In this document: positions 1 through 9,052 of the stretch, in pieces | Numbering within the stretch: position 1 is the first letter of the stretch | Layout of the letters: every line of letters begins with the position of its first letter | NCBI GenBank assembly: GCA_043814315.1 | Contig: JBDRKE010000024.1 | Coordinates: 4,680-68,679, forward strand | From: Candidatus Omnitrophota bacterium | GTDB taxonomy: Bacteria; Omnitrophota; Gorgyraeia; Gygaellales; Profunditerraquicolaceae | Reading direction: 5' to 3' | DNA: 64,000 bases | Made by a program: the position numbers and the translations under genes | Notes under the pieces: generated by a model | Told to the model about the DNA's origin: nothing | Databases searched by the model: none | The model's input: the letters and a program-made list of their open reading frames with translations, nothing else

Positions 1-272
1 ATTGCGCGGCTGTGCCTGGTGACGACATCCTCTCCCGAAATATTGACGTTGATGAATTTTATTTTGATGCCGGAGTGCGCCCTCAAGCTTTTAAGAAGCT
101 TACTGACCGTATCGATAAGGCTTGTTGAATCGACGATGATTCCGTTTTTTATGCCTTTGGAAGGAATACTTTCAAAGAAAATATCCGTGACACGTTTTCT
201 TTTAACCACAGCCACGCAAGCCGCACACTTGCTTGAGCCGATATCTAACGCACAGATATAACTATCGAACAT
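1..272 (-). CDS. ftsA: cell division protein FtsA, N-terminal part (open at window edge)
   Basis: My reverse translation from ATG (272-270) gives MFDSYICALDIGSSKCAACVAVV..., an actin-fold phosphate-binding N-terminus typical of FtsA. It follows ftsQ as in dcw clusters. It is absent from the ORF track because it is truncated by the window edge. Confidence 0.8.
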   Translation of the reverse strand, partial: MFDSYICALDIGSSKCAACVAVVKRKRVTDIFFESIPSKGIKNGIIVDSTSLIDTVSKLLKSLRAHSGIKIKFINVNISGEDVVTRHSRA

Positions 273-280
273 TGTTATAG

Positions 281-431
281 AAGTTCTTAAATCCCAAATG
301 CAGGAAATAGCTATGGGTCGATAGTCGATAGCCGATAGCCGATAGTAAAACCATAGGCCATTGACCATAGACTATAGACCCGTCTTTTTTAAGTTCTGTT
401 TGGGATTTGGTGCTTGGGATTTGGGATTTCA
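281..431. repeat. LC-family low-complexity hairpin (copy R1) filling the ftsQ-ftsA spacer
   Basis: Outer arms are aaatcccaaatgc (289-301) versus tttgggatttgg..gggatttgggattt (398-429). Inner words ctatgg/cgatag pair with ccatag/ctatag. Confidence 0.55.
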
Positions 432-1223
432 TTATCTTGTATCCTTCAGCTTAATAACGGGTTCCTTGAATCGCAGGTCTATGTATTTTATATTATTCCA
501 TTCCTTCTTTGCGGCGACCATAAGGTTAGCTAACACAGCAACCTTGTACCCGACTCTATCCGAGCTCAACTTGACTTCCAGCCCTTCATAACGCAGGGTG
601 CTATCGATATATTCATAATCGCTTGTGCCCGGTATAACAAAAACGCAAGCATTGGTCGTATTGGGAACGTCTATTTTTCTGATTTTATAATCTCTCAATA
701 CCTTGTTCCTTTTGGCTTCTTTTATAATACTTAAAGCAAACTCCAGCTCCTTGATATTGTATTTTTGCCCGATTTTAGGCCCAAAAATTTTGGTTTCCAT
801 CCCTAGGATAACAGGCAAACCGTATTCCTGCGAGTCAACAAGAGCAGGAACCTCAAAAAGCACCTGATCCTCATCCAGGGCGAAGACCCTGTATAATTTT
901 ATCAAAGCCACTGGCTTCCTTTTTATGAGGTTGATAAAAATTCTGTTGGGTAAAATCCTGACCATCCGAATTCTTTTGCATTCAGGGAAGTATTGTAAAA
1001 TATTTCTGGACTCTTGCCTTAAATCTAAACTCAGCAAGTTTCTGCCTTTTAAGTAAGAAAAATCAATGGTGGTATCGTCCCTGGTTAATACTTCTGTGAT
1101 CTTAAATTGGTCGGAGGTTCTTAAGAATCTCCAGGTATAGATTACAATAAATGTCAAAGTAAGAAGAATTGTGGCATAAAAACATATCCGTTTAAAGGGA
1201 ATCTTCAACTTATTCTTTTTCAT
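432..1223 (-). CDS. ftsQ: cell division protein FtsQ (TM + POTRA-like)
   Basis: 263 aa ORF with an N-terminal TM helix, positioned between ddl and ftsA. Confidence 0.75.
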   Translation of the reverse strand: MKKNKLKIPFKRICFYATILLTLTFIVIYTWRFLRTSDQFKITEVLTRDDTTIDFSYLKGRNLLSLDLRQESRNILQYFPECKRIRMVRILPNRIFINLIKRKPVALIKLYRVFALDEDQVLFEVPALVDSQEYGLPVILGMETKIFGPKIGQKYNIKELEFALSIIKEAKRNKVLRDYKIRKIDVPNTTNACVFVIPGTSDYEYIDSTLRYEGLEVKLSSDRVGYKVAVLANLMVAAKKEWNNIKYIDLRFKEPVIKLKDTR

Positions 1224-2187
1224 AAGCGATTTTTATCAATTCAAGGCATAAGGTGCCGAACTCTATACCGACGGCCTTAGCGGCTTTAGGCAGCAGGCTC
1301 GTAGATGTCAGGCCGGGGATCGTATTGACCTCCAAAACAACGACATCATTATAGTCGCTTAAAATCATATCCACCCTGGAGAACCCCCTACAACCTAAAA
1401 GTTGATGGGCCCACAAGGCAGCTGTGCTTACTTTCTCGGCAATACCCTCTTCTAACGGGGCCGGCACCGCATAGTCTGTCATGCCGGGTTGATATTTTGC
1501 CTCATAATCAAAAAAGAGATTTCTCGGGATAATCTCTATGACAGGGAGGCTTTGCCGATTGAGTATGCCTACCGTCACCTCCCTTCCTTTTATGTACTCC
1601 TCCATAAGGATTCTATCATCAAAAGTAAATGCCAGATCAATGGCTTTCTTTAACTTGTCCTTTTCGCGAACAATAGATAATCCTATACTTGAGCCCTGGG
1701 TCACTGGTTTAATAACCAAAGGGAAGTTCAGGCGAGGGTCAAGTTCTAATTCCCCGTGATAGGAGGCCCTGTCTAATAATTTATATTGGGGCACTCGTAA
1801 TCCATGGGATTCAAATATCGAGCGCGAAGCCGCCTTATCCATGGCTAACTGGCTTGCCCGGACGCCAGAACCCGTATAGGGAATTTTCATCGTCTCCAAA
1901 ATATCCTGGATCTGTCCGTCTTCTCCAAAACGGCCGTGCAGAGCTAAAAAGGCGCAGTCTATTCTTTTTGATTTTAGCAATTTTACATTTTCTTCAACGC
2001 TATCCGTCGTGATGTCAATAGCCAGAACCTCCAGCTCCAGGGATTTGAGGGCTTCATAAACCGCACTCCCCGACTTCAGCGAAATCTCTCTCTCTGAAGA
2101 AAGGCCGCCCATTAAAACGCCTATTGTGCCAAAATTGTTGCTGGTCCTTGGGCTCGTGAGTGCACCGGTTCTCTGATTCATCGCCAT
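1210..2187 (-). CDS. ddl: D-alanine--D-alanine ligase
   Basis: 325 aa ATP-grasp protein (GVLMGGLSSEREISLKSG, ALHGRFGEDG, LEVNTIPG) in the dcw context. Confidence 0.95.
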   Translation of the reverse strand: MAMNQRTGALTSPRTSNNFGTIGVLMGGLSSEREISLKSGSAVYEALKSLELEVLAIDITTDSVEENVKLLKSKRIDCAFLALHGRFGEDGQIQDILETMKIPYTGSGVRASQLAMDKAASRSIFESHGLRVPQYKLLDRASYHGELELDPRLNFPLVIKPVTQGSSIGLSIVREKDKLKKAIDLAFTFDDRILMEEYIKGREVTVGILNRQSLPVIEIIPRNLFFDYEAKYQPGMTDYAVPAPLEEGIAEKVSTAALWAHQLLGCRGFSRVDMILSDYNDVVVLEVNTIPGLTSTSLLPKAAKAVGIEFGTLCLELIKIAYEKE

Positions 2188-3068
2188 ATTCTTATTTCCG
2201 GCTCTAGATTTATATCAAATTTGCGCTTGACCTTTTTTTTCATTATGTTCATCAATTTTAAAACATCGCTGCAACGCGCCGAGCGAAGGTTTAATATGAA
2301 ATTGGCGTGCCTTTTGGATACAACGGCACCGCCGCTTTCCTTTCCCTTTAACCCGCACAGATCTATCAATCGGCCGGCAGTATATCCGGGAGGATTACGA
2401 AATATGCATCCGGCGTTAGGAGCCAAGCTGTCTTGAGTGTTTTTACGCAACGCCAGATATCTTTTTATAAGGCCGTTTATTTCTTTTTTGCTCTTCTTAT
2501 GAAGCCTCAGGCGCGCGCTTAAAATGATATATTTTGCCAGACTTGACTTTCTATAACCGAATCTGATCTGTTTTTTATTTAAAACTTTTATCTTTCCATT
2601 ATAATTCATAACCTTGACTTTTTCCACTAAATTACCTAAGGCCTGACCCCAGGCGCCGGCGTTCATGGCCAGGGCCCCTCCTACGGTGCCGGGTATACCG
2701 GCCAGAAATTCTGCCCCTGACAAAGAATGGTTTTTGGCTAACTGTACCAATCGGCCAAGAGACAAACCGCTATTCACAGTCAGGAGGTTGCCGGATATGG
2801 ATGCTTTTTTAAAAAAGGGCGCATTAAACTTCACCACTACAGCCTCAACACCCCTGTCGCTGGCAAGGATGTTGCTGCCCCTGCCCATCAAGAGAACAGG
2901 AATCTTTTGAATTCTCGCCCAGGCGACCAATGCCTTCAGGTCCTTTAAGCCCCTGGGTTCAATAAAAAATTGCGCCGGTCCTCCGATTCGAAAAGTTGTG
3001 TGTTTGGCCAGCGGTTCTTTCCGTTTAATCCTTCCTTTGATTGTGTCAAACACGCTCCCTTTCATCAT
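2178..3068 (-). CDS. murB: UDP-N-acetylenolpyruvoylglucosamine reductase
   Basis: 296 aa with the LAKHTTFRIGGPA motif and an FAD-binding fold pattern. Confidence 0.95.
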   Translation of the reverse strand: MMKGSVFDTIKGRIKRKEPLAKHTTFRIGGPAQFFIEPRGLKDLKALVAWARIQKIPVLLMGRGSNILASDRGVEAVVVKFNAPFFKKASISGNLLTVNSGLSLGRLVQLAKNHSLSGAEFLAGIPGTVGGALAMNAGAWGQALGNLVEKVKVMNYNGKIKVLNKKQIRFGYRKSSLAKYIILSARLRLHKKSKKEINGLIKRYLALRKNTQDSLAPNAGCIFRNPPGYTAGRLIDLCGLKGKESGGAVVSKRHANFILNLRSARCSDVLKLMNIMKKKVKRKFDINLEPEIRIWR

Positions 3069-4447
3069 GCCCTGTTCTCTTTTTTACCCGCATGCAGAGT
3101 TTCTGACAAAGAATCGCTCACCTTGGCAATATCCCCTGCTCCGAGGGTCATCACCAGATCCCCAGGCCTAAGGATCTTCAGAATATCTTCAGCGACCTGC
3201 TCTGTAGGCCATAAAAAAACATCTTTATCCGGCGCGTGCTGTTTAATTCTTTCCAAGACGCACTGACTGTTGACTCCTGGGATAGGAAGTTCACTGGCCG
3301 GATAGATATCTGTGAGAATGACCGTATCCGCTAAATCAAAACTCTCCCCAAATTCGCTCAAGAGAAGTTTCGTCCTTGAATAGCGGTGCGGCTGAAAAAC
3401 AACGATAATCCTTTTGCGGCCAAGGTTCTTGACCGCCTCCAGAGTCGCTTTGATCTCCGTCGGATGATGCGCATAATCGTCGATCAGCAGAAAATTTGAA
3501 TCGCAGAATTTAATCTCAAGCCTCCGGCCGGCTCCTTGAAAGCCTTTAAGGGCCCCTCTAATGAACTTTAAGTCTATTTTGAGCTCCAGCCCCAAGGCGA
3601 TAACGGAAAGCGCGTTGGAGATATTATGCCAGCCACCTAAAGCCAGTTCAAATCTATCGATGAACCGGCCCTTTGAAAAACAGTCAAACTCCGACGCCAG
3701 GCCCGCCCGTTTGATATTTTTTGGATAAATATGCGCGGTTTCCCGCAGGCCGAATAACACAAATCTTCCCCCGTACTCCTTAAGCATATTTTTTAAATAA
3801 GCGTCGTCATCACAACAAAAAACGCAACCCTCTTCCTGCGTCTTGTCCAAATATGCCTTAAAAGCTTCCAGCTCCCTGTCAAACTCTTTATAATAATCCA
3901 GGTGCTCCCGGTCTATATTAGTAATAATGGAATAGTCGGGGCGGTAATACAAAAAGGAGCCGTCGGATTCATCTGCTTCTACCACAAAAAATTCACCGCT
4001 GCCCAGGCACGAATTGGTATCGATATTTTTCAAGATCCCTCCGACGGCAACACAGGGCTGTAAGCCCGCTTCCAGTAAAAGCGCGGATATCAAGGAAGCC
4101 GTTGTGGTTTTTCCGTGGCTGCCTGCAACCGTAATAACTTTTTTCCCTTCCATCAGCCGGGCCAAAACCTCTGCCCGCCTTAGAACAGGAAGCCCGAGGC
4201 TCCTGGCCTCCCGCATCTCCGGATTCTCTTCTTTAATCGCCGAGGAATAACAAATCGTTTCAGCTTTGCGTATATTCTGCGGGTGGTGCCCGATAAAAAT
4301 CCTGGCTCCCAATTTTTTAAGCTCTTGGGTGATCCTGGTTTCTTTTAAATCGGATCCGCTTACGCTCGCGCCCTTTCGCAAAAGCAGCTTGGCAATACCG
4401 CTCATCCCGATACCGCCGATACCGATTAAGTGATAGTGCTTATTCAT
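3065..4447 (-). CDS. murC: UDP-N-acetylmuramate--L-alanine ligase
   Basis: The protein starts MNKHYHLIGIGGIGMSG and has GSHGKTT. I place the start at ATG 4447, which overlaps the upstream stop as ATGA. The longer ORF-track start at 4561 is an out-of-family extension. Confidence 0.93.
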   Translation of the reverse strand: MNKHYHLIGIGGIGMSGIAKLLLRKGASVSGSDLKETRITQELKKLGARIFIGHHPQNIRKAETICYSSAIKEENPEMREARSLGLPVLRRAEVLARLMEGKKVITVAGSHGKTTTASLISALLLEAGLQPCVAVGGILKNIDTNSCLGSGEFFVVEADESDGSFLYYRPDYSIITNIDREHLDYYKEFDRELEAFKAYLDKTQEEGCVFCCDDDAYLKNMLKEYGGRFVLFGLRETAHIYPKNIKRAGLASEFDCFSKGRFIDRFELALGGWHNISNALSVIALGLELKIDLKFIRGALKGFQGAGRRLEIKFCDSNFLLIDDYAHHPTEIKATLEAVKNLGRKRIIVVFQPHRYSRTKLLLSEFGESFDLADTVILTDIYPASELPIPGVNSQCVLERIKQHAPDKDVFLWPTEQVAEDILKILRPGDLVMTLGAGDIAKVSDSLSETLHAGKKENRA

Positions 4448-5229
4448 TTTATCCCGCTTAAATATTTCTGCCAAGCCCCATCCAGCTCCTGAATATTGCT
4501 GAAAGAGTAGGCGGAAGCCAAAGCTCGCCGGAAATCCTTTCTGTCTCTTAAATACTGGCAAAAGAGAACAAATCGGTCCCTGCCAAATTCTTTAATAAGA
4601 AAATCCACGAGGCTCACGGCTTCGGCATAAAAAATACCTACGGTCTGCGCATCTACTTCTGCGAAGGGATCAAAATCAAAAAGCTTCTCCAGGTTCATAA
4701 ATTTGTTTTCGTTTATGGCCCCTCGCAAAACCCTGCTTGCCGATGCCACCCTTGATCTCTCCTGATAACTGGCCACTCCCTCATGGAGCCAATGGGGAAC
4801 CGCGGGATTCACGAAGCCCACAAACTCTTTAAAGATAATGTGTCCCATCTCGTGCGGCAGCACGCTTTCAAAGAATCCTTCTTCAAAGACAAAACCGAGA
4901 ATGGTCTTTTCTTTTCTCCCTATCAGGGCGCTTCCGTAAGACCAGGCAGGCTGCTGGGTGGCCTTCTGGTATTCTGATTTATTATCGTAAATAGTAATGT
5001 TGGCGCGATTATCCCAGAGCCAGAAATTAAAACGAATAAACCCTAAGGCCTCGGCAATCCGGTTATAATAATCTTCTGCCTCTTGTGTGACCCTGTTGAT
5101 AAAATCTTCTGGAGCGTTTTGGTAATAAACGACAAAATGTGTGCTCTTGACAACGTTCCAGCCTTGCGTATCGGCAAAGGCAAAAGGCAAAAATACAAAA
5201 ATAATTAAAGAAAAAAGAATGATCCTCAT
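4444..5229 (-). CDS. secreted HExxH zinc peptidase, MA-clan-like
   Basis: 261 aa with signal peptide MRIILFSLIIFVFLPFAFA, then HEMGH and a downstream HEGVASYQE (HExxH + E pattern). Confidence 0.55.
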   Translation of the reverse strand: MRIILFSLIIFVFLPFAFADTQGWNVVKSTHFVVYYQNAPEDFINRVTQEAEDYYNRIAEALGFIRFNFWLWDNRANITIYDNKSEYQKATQQPAWSYGSALIGRKEKTILGFVFEEGFFESVLPHEMGHIIFKEFVGFVNPAVPHWLHEGVASYQERSRVASASRVLRGAINENKFMNLEKLFDFDPFAEVDAQTVGIFYAEAVSLVDFLIKEFGRDRFVLFCQYLRDRKDFRRALASAYSFSNIQELDGAWQKYLSGIK

Positions 5230-6315
5230 TTAATTCAAGGATACTGCGAGTTCTGCCAGTAAATCGCCTGAGTGGTATTCAGGAATCTTGCAATACCCTT
5301 CCCGCATCTGCCTTGTCTTTTCGGGAACACTACTCAATTCCCGCAGGGCCCTTCTTAATCCTTCAGCTTCCAGCTCTTCATCCCTGATAAGAATGGCGCA
5401 CTTGTGTTCCTGCAGCATCTTGGCATTGTAGAGTTGATGTCTATAAGCAAAGGGATAAGGAATGATTATGGCTGGGATCTTAAAATAGATGAGCTCAGCG
5501 ATGGTGGTGGCCCCTGCCCTGCAAATAACCAGATCTGCCATGCTATAGGCGTATTGCATTCCTTTAAGAAAAGGGAACAATTTTACATGCCAATTTAATC
5601 TCCGATAACCGTTTTCTAATACGGGATAATCCTCAATGCCGGCTATATGGATGACCTGGAATGCTAAATCCTCAGGAAGGCCACAGACGGCTTCTAAGAA
5701 ACAGGAATTGATCCTGTGGCTGCCACGGCTGCCACCCGTAACCAATATCGTAAACTTACGCTCCTGGAATCCGAAATAATCCGAAGCCTTATTTCTATCA
5801 ATTCTTTGTAAGCTTTTCCTGATAGGGTTGCCTGTCAGCGTTATCTTGTCCTTATTCACTTTTAAGAATCTCTGTGTTTCAGCGAATGAAATGGCGATTC
5901 TGTCGCAAAACTTAGCCAATAATCTGTTGGCGCGCCCCGGCAAATAGTTCTGTTCATGAATCAATGTCTTAATCCGCGCCAACCAGGCCATCAACACAAG
6001 AGGAATGCTATCCAGACTTCCGAATCCGACGACAGAATCCGGTTTAAATGCCAGAAGGATCCCGAGGCTTTCTACAGACCCCCGGATAAAGTTAAATAGC
6101 GCAATGACATTCTTAAGATTTAAACGTAGACTGATAGGAGTCGTGGAGAGGGTCTTGACTCTATAACTCTGTGCGAGCACATTAAACTCTAAGCATCTTT
6201 TCGGCACAACTAAAAGGGTCTCTATGTCTTTATATTTGTCTTTCAGGGCCTCTAAAAAACCTATGGCCGGGAATATGTGGCCGCCACTGGCCCCTGTCAC
6301 AATCAGGATTCTCAT
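5230..6315 (-). CDS. murG: undecaprenyldiphospho-muramoylpentapeptide beta-N-acetylglucosaminyltransferase
   Basis: Begins MRILIVTGASGGHIFPA. ATG at 6315 is chosen over the ORF-track start at 6456. Confidence 0.9.
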   Translation of the reverse strand: MRILIVTGASGGHIFPAIGFLEALKDKYKDIETLLVVPKRCLEFNVLAQSYRVKTLSTTPISLRLNLKNVIALFNFIRGSVESLGILLAFKPDSVVGFGSLDSIPLVLMAWLARIKTLIHEQNYLPGRANRLLAKFCDRIAISFAETQRFLKVNKDKITLTGNPIRKSLQRIDRNKASDYFGFQERKFTILVTGGSRGSHRINSCFLEAVCGLPEDLAFQVIHIAGIEDYPVLENGYRRLNWHVKLFPFLKGMQYAYSMADLVICRAGATTIAELIYFKIPAIIIPYPFAYRHQLYNAKMLQEHKCAILIRDEELEAEGLRRALRELSSVPEKTRQMREGYCKIPEYHSGDLLAELAVSLN

Positions 6316-6409
6316 TCTTCGCCTCCGCAATGCCGCAGAGCTTGCGGCTCGGAATTCTTCCCAGAATCCCAAACTGTAATAATTATGCCTGTCGTCATCT
6401 GCGAGGGGA

Positions 6410-7504
6410 TCATGGATATTCTCCACTGCGGCCGATATTGATAAGCAAGCCCACACTGATCATATCAAAGACAAAAGAAGATCCGCCGTAACTGATAAAA
6501 GGTAACGGGAGCCCTTTCGTGGGAAACAAGCCGCAGGAAACTCCTATATTGATGACGGCTTTCAGAGAAAACATCAGAACCAAACCCAGGGCAAGAAAAT
6601 AGCCGAATCTGTCGTTAGCGTTCTTGATGATCTTTAGCCCCTGCTGGATAAAAATCATAAACAGAACGATGACGCCAAACGTCCCTAAAAGCCCCAGCTC
6701 CTCTCCGATGATTGAAAAAATAAAATCGGTATGGGCCGCTGGCAGATAAAATAACTTCTGCCTGGAATGGCCTAACCCCAGGCCGAATAATCCGCCGGAA
6801 CCCAGGGCGATCTGCGACTGTATAATCTGAAAACCACTTCCCTTGGGGTCCATCCAGGGATTTAAAAACGCCAGAATACGCATCCTTCTGTAAGGCACGC
6901 TGAATACCAACATGTAAAGCAAGGGCAGACTTGCCATCAGCATGGATAATAGATAGGAAATACGTCCTCCGGCAATAAAGAGTATGATGATAACTACGGC
7001 CACGATAGCCAGAGTCGTGCCCAGATCCGGCTGCATAAGAATTAATAGTGCCATGACCCCTAAAACGCCTAACGGAGGAAGAAACCCTTTAAAGAAATCT
7101 TTGATCGTATGGCCTTTACGGGCAATAAAATCTGCCATATAAATGACCATGCTAAGGCCCGCTAATTCTGAAGGCTGAAAACTGATAAATTTGTACCGGA
7201 ACCATCTCCGTGCGCCTGAAACCTCCCTTCCCAATCCCGGTATTAATACGAGCACCAGCAAGAATAAAGAGATTAACAACAGGGGCTTAGCATAATTTCT
7301 TAATTTTCGGTAGTCAAAACTCATGACAAAAAACATCAGGAGCACACCGATAAACAGGAAGATTGAGTGCCTTTTCAAAAAGAAAAAACTGTCCTTGTAT
7401 CTCTCCAGGGCGTAAATACTGGAAGCACTGTAAATCATGACGATGCCGATACAGACAAGAACCACGGTTACGGTAAAAAGATTTATTCTGACACCGCGAA
7501 TCAT
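6410..7504 (-). CDS. ftsW: lipid II flippase / SEDS protein FtsW
   Basis: 364 aa polytopic membrane protein with SEDS motifs (PSELAK-like PSELAG, TDFIFS), in the dcw position. Confidence 0.9.
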   Translation of the reverse strand: MIRGVRINLFTVTVVLVCIGIVMIYSASSIYALERYKDSFFFLKRHSIFLFIGVLLMFFVMSFDYRKLRNYAKPLLLISLFLLVLVLIPGLGREVSGARRWFRYKFISFQPSELAGLSMVIYMADFIARKGHTIKDFFKGFLPPLGVLGVMALLILMQPDLGTTLAIVAVVIIILFIAGGRISYLLSMLMASLPLLYMLVFSVPYRRMRILAFLNPWMDPKGSGFQIIQSQIALGSGGLFGLGLGHSRQKLFYLPAAHTDFIFSIIGEELGLLGTFGVIVLFMIFIQQGLKIIKNANDRFGYFLALGLVLMFSLKAVINIGVSCGLFPTKGLPLPFISYGGSSFVFDMISVGLLINIGRSGEYP

Positions 7505-7528
7505 AAAATAACCCTCTTGCGACGTTAA

Positions 7529-7706
7529 GTCAAATCCAAATCACAAAGCACAAAACACAAAACAAGCCCAAAGCACAAAATCCAAAATAAAGAATCCTTT
7601 GTTTTGAATTTTGAGTTTTGGCACTTCGACTGCGCTTGAGAGCCAATGGTGAGCGGAGTCGAACCATTGGATTTATTTTGAATTTTGAATTTTGACATTT
7701 GAATTT
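7529..7706. repeat. LC-family long hairpin (copy R2) with a nested NW module
   Basis: The A/C-rich arm is caaatccaaatcacaaagcacaaaacacaaaac... The G/T-rich arm is tttgttttgaattttgagttttg ... atttattttgaattttgaattttgacatttgaattt. The right end is near-identical to the right ends of R4 and R5. Confidence 0.7.
7620..7670. repeat. NW module (ggcacttcgactgcgcttga..ccaatggt-loop-accattgg), nested in R2
   Basis: An 8-bp stem ccaatggt/accattgg. The same module recurs at 59798-59872 with a 24-nt insertion. Confidence 0.7.
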
Positions 7707-9007
7707 ATCTTAGTAGTATTCTTCTTTAGGCTAGAGACCGCTTTCTTAAAGACATTCCCTCTTTCTTCATAGCCGGAAAACATATCAAAGCTTGAACACA
7801 TGGGGGATAATAACACAGAGTCTCCTGGCACGGCCTTTCGATAAGCCTTAAGAACGGCTTCTTCTAAACTGCCGGCTTCTTCAATGGACAGGGTGTCTTT
7901 AAGCACCTGAGCAATTTTCTCCTTTGCCTCGCCGATCAGAATAACTTCTTTTACTTTTTGGCGCGCCTGTCCCAGAATGATCCCGTAATCCACCCCCTTA
8001 TCCTTGCCTCCGGCAATCAAAATGACAGGCGCCTGAATGTTATTTAAGGCCCAGAGGGCCGAATCGGCTGTCGTCGCCTTGGAATCGTTAATGAATCTTA
8101 TATGATTTATTTCCGCCACCTGTTCTAGGCGGTGCTCAATGCCTTTGAAATCTCTAAGGACTCTTAAAACCGATTCCTGATCGATGCCTAGGATCGAACC
8201 CACCGCTACTACGGCAGCCTGATTCGGATTCAATTCTTTTGTTTGTGAAAAAAAGATAGGCCGGGCTTTTGTTTCCTTCGCTAAATCTCTTAATACGGGG
8301 TCATCCTGATTCAGAACCACATAATCGAACTTATCCTGATTCTCAAAGATCCTTTTCTTTGCCTCAAGATACTCCTGCATATTCTTATACCGGTCCAAGT
8401 GGTTACGGGTGAAATTTAAGATCACGGAAATCTTCGGCTTAAACGTGACGATATTCTCCAACTGAAAAGAGCTTACCTCAAGCGTCACAAAATCCTTCTC
8501 TCTTATCCTGCGCACTTCCTGAGAAAAAGGGTTGCCGATATTGCCGCAAATGAACACCTGCTTACCGCTGGATGAAAGGATCCTGCCGATTAACGTGGTG
8601 ACAGTGGTCTTGCCGTTTGAACCTGTAATGGCTATGATTTCGCCGGGACATAAACTCCAGGCAAACTCAATCTCGCTGATGATGAGAGTATTTTCTTGTT
8701 TTGCCCACAGGATGGGCGAGGCATCAGAAGGAACACCCGGAGAAATAATCAATAAATCCTTATCTATTACAAACTCCTGCGAGTGTCTGCCCAACTCCGC
8801 TTTTATGGCTTTTGATTTTAACTTCAATCTATGGGCGCGCGTGCTGTCATCATCCTTATAGTCCGTGACGCTTACATCCGCTCCTAAATCCCAAAGCAGA
8901 TTGACGCAGGCCACCCCTGAGCGGCCCAGGCCTACCACTACCACTTTTTTATTTTTATAATAATCCGTGTTACGCATAGTAAAAATCTGATAAATCTCAA
9001 ATGCCAA
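7673..9007 (-). CDS. murD: UDP-N-acetylmuramoylalanine--D-glutamate ligase
   Basis: VVVVGLGRSG and GSNGKTT motifs. The start is 9007 or ATG 8977. The last ~11 codons (INSNVKIQNSK) are encoded by the R2 repeat arm. Confidence 0.9.
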   Translation of the reverse strand: MAFEIYQIFTMRNTDYYKNKKVVVVGLGRSGVACVNLLWDLGADVSVTDYKDDDSTRAHRLKLKSKAIKAELGRHSQEFVIDKDLLIISPGVPSDASPILWAKQENTLIISEIEFAWSLCPGEIIAITGSNGKTTVTTLIGRILSSSGKQVFICGNIGNPFSQEVRRIREKDFVTLEVSSFQLENIVTFKPKISVILNFTRNHLDRYKNMQEYLEAKKRIFENQDKFDYVVLNQDDPVLRDLAKETKARPIFFSQTKELNPNQAAVVAVGSILGIDQESVLRVLRDFKGIEHRLEQVAEINHIRFINDSKATTADSALWALNNIQAPVILIAGGKDKGVDYGIILGQARQKVKEVILIGEAKEKIAQVLKDTLSIEEAGSLEEAVLKAYRKAVPGDSVLLSPMCSSFDMFSGYEERGNVFKKAVSSLKKNTTKINSNVKIQNSK

Positions 9008-9010
9008 GCA

Positions 9011-9051
9011 CCCTGCCTACCCTGCCTACCGGCAGGCAGGCGGCAGGCAGG
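9011..9051. repeat. GC palindrome, cctgcc family (double length)
   Basis: The sequence is ccctgcctaccctgcctaccggcaggcaggcggcaggcaggc. The A/G differences give G-U pairs only on the minus-strand RNA. Confidence 0.7.
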
Positions 9052-9052
9052 C

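Noticed and set aside
3065-4561. Long N-terminal extensions in ORF-track models: murC to 4561, murG to 6456, trpB to 54772, acyP to 26132, ftsL to 15382, rpmB from 45825 and cinA from 32312.
   Set aside because: Family-typical N-termini begin at internal ATGs. Some of these have an SD (trpB, rpmB) and some are stop-start coupled to the upstream gene (murC, ftsL). The extensions overlap neighbouring genes, promoters or repeats.
7641-7670. The minus strand of the NW module reads ccaatggttcgactccgctcaccattgg, which resembles a tRNA T-arm/acceptor (GGTTCGAnTCC).
   Set aside because: No complementary T-stem, D-arm or anticodon arm can be drawn, and it is simply an 8-bp hairpin. At most it is a very degenerate tRNA-derived relic, which I cannot support.
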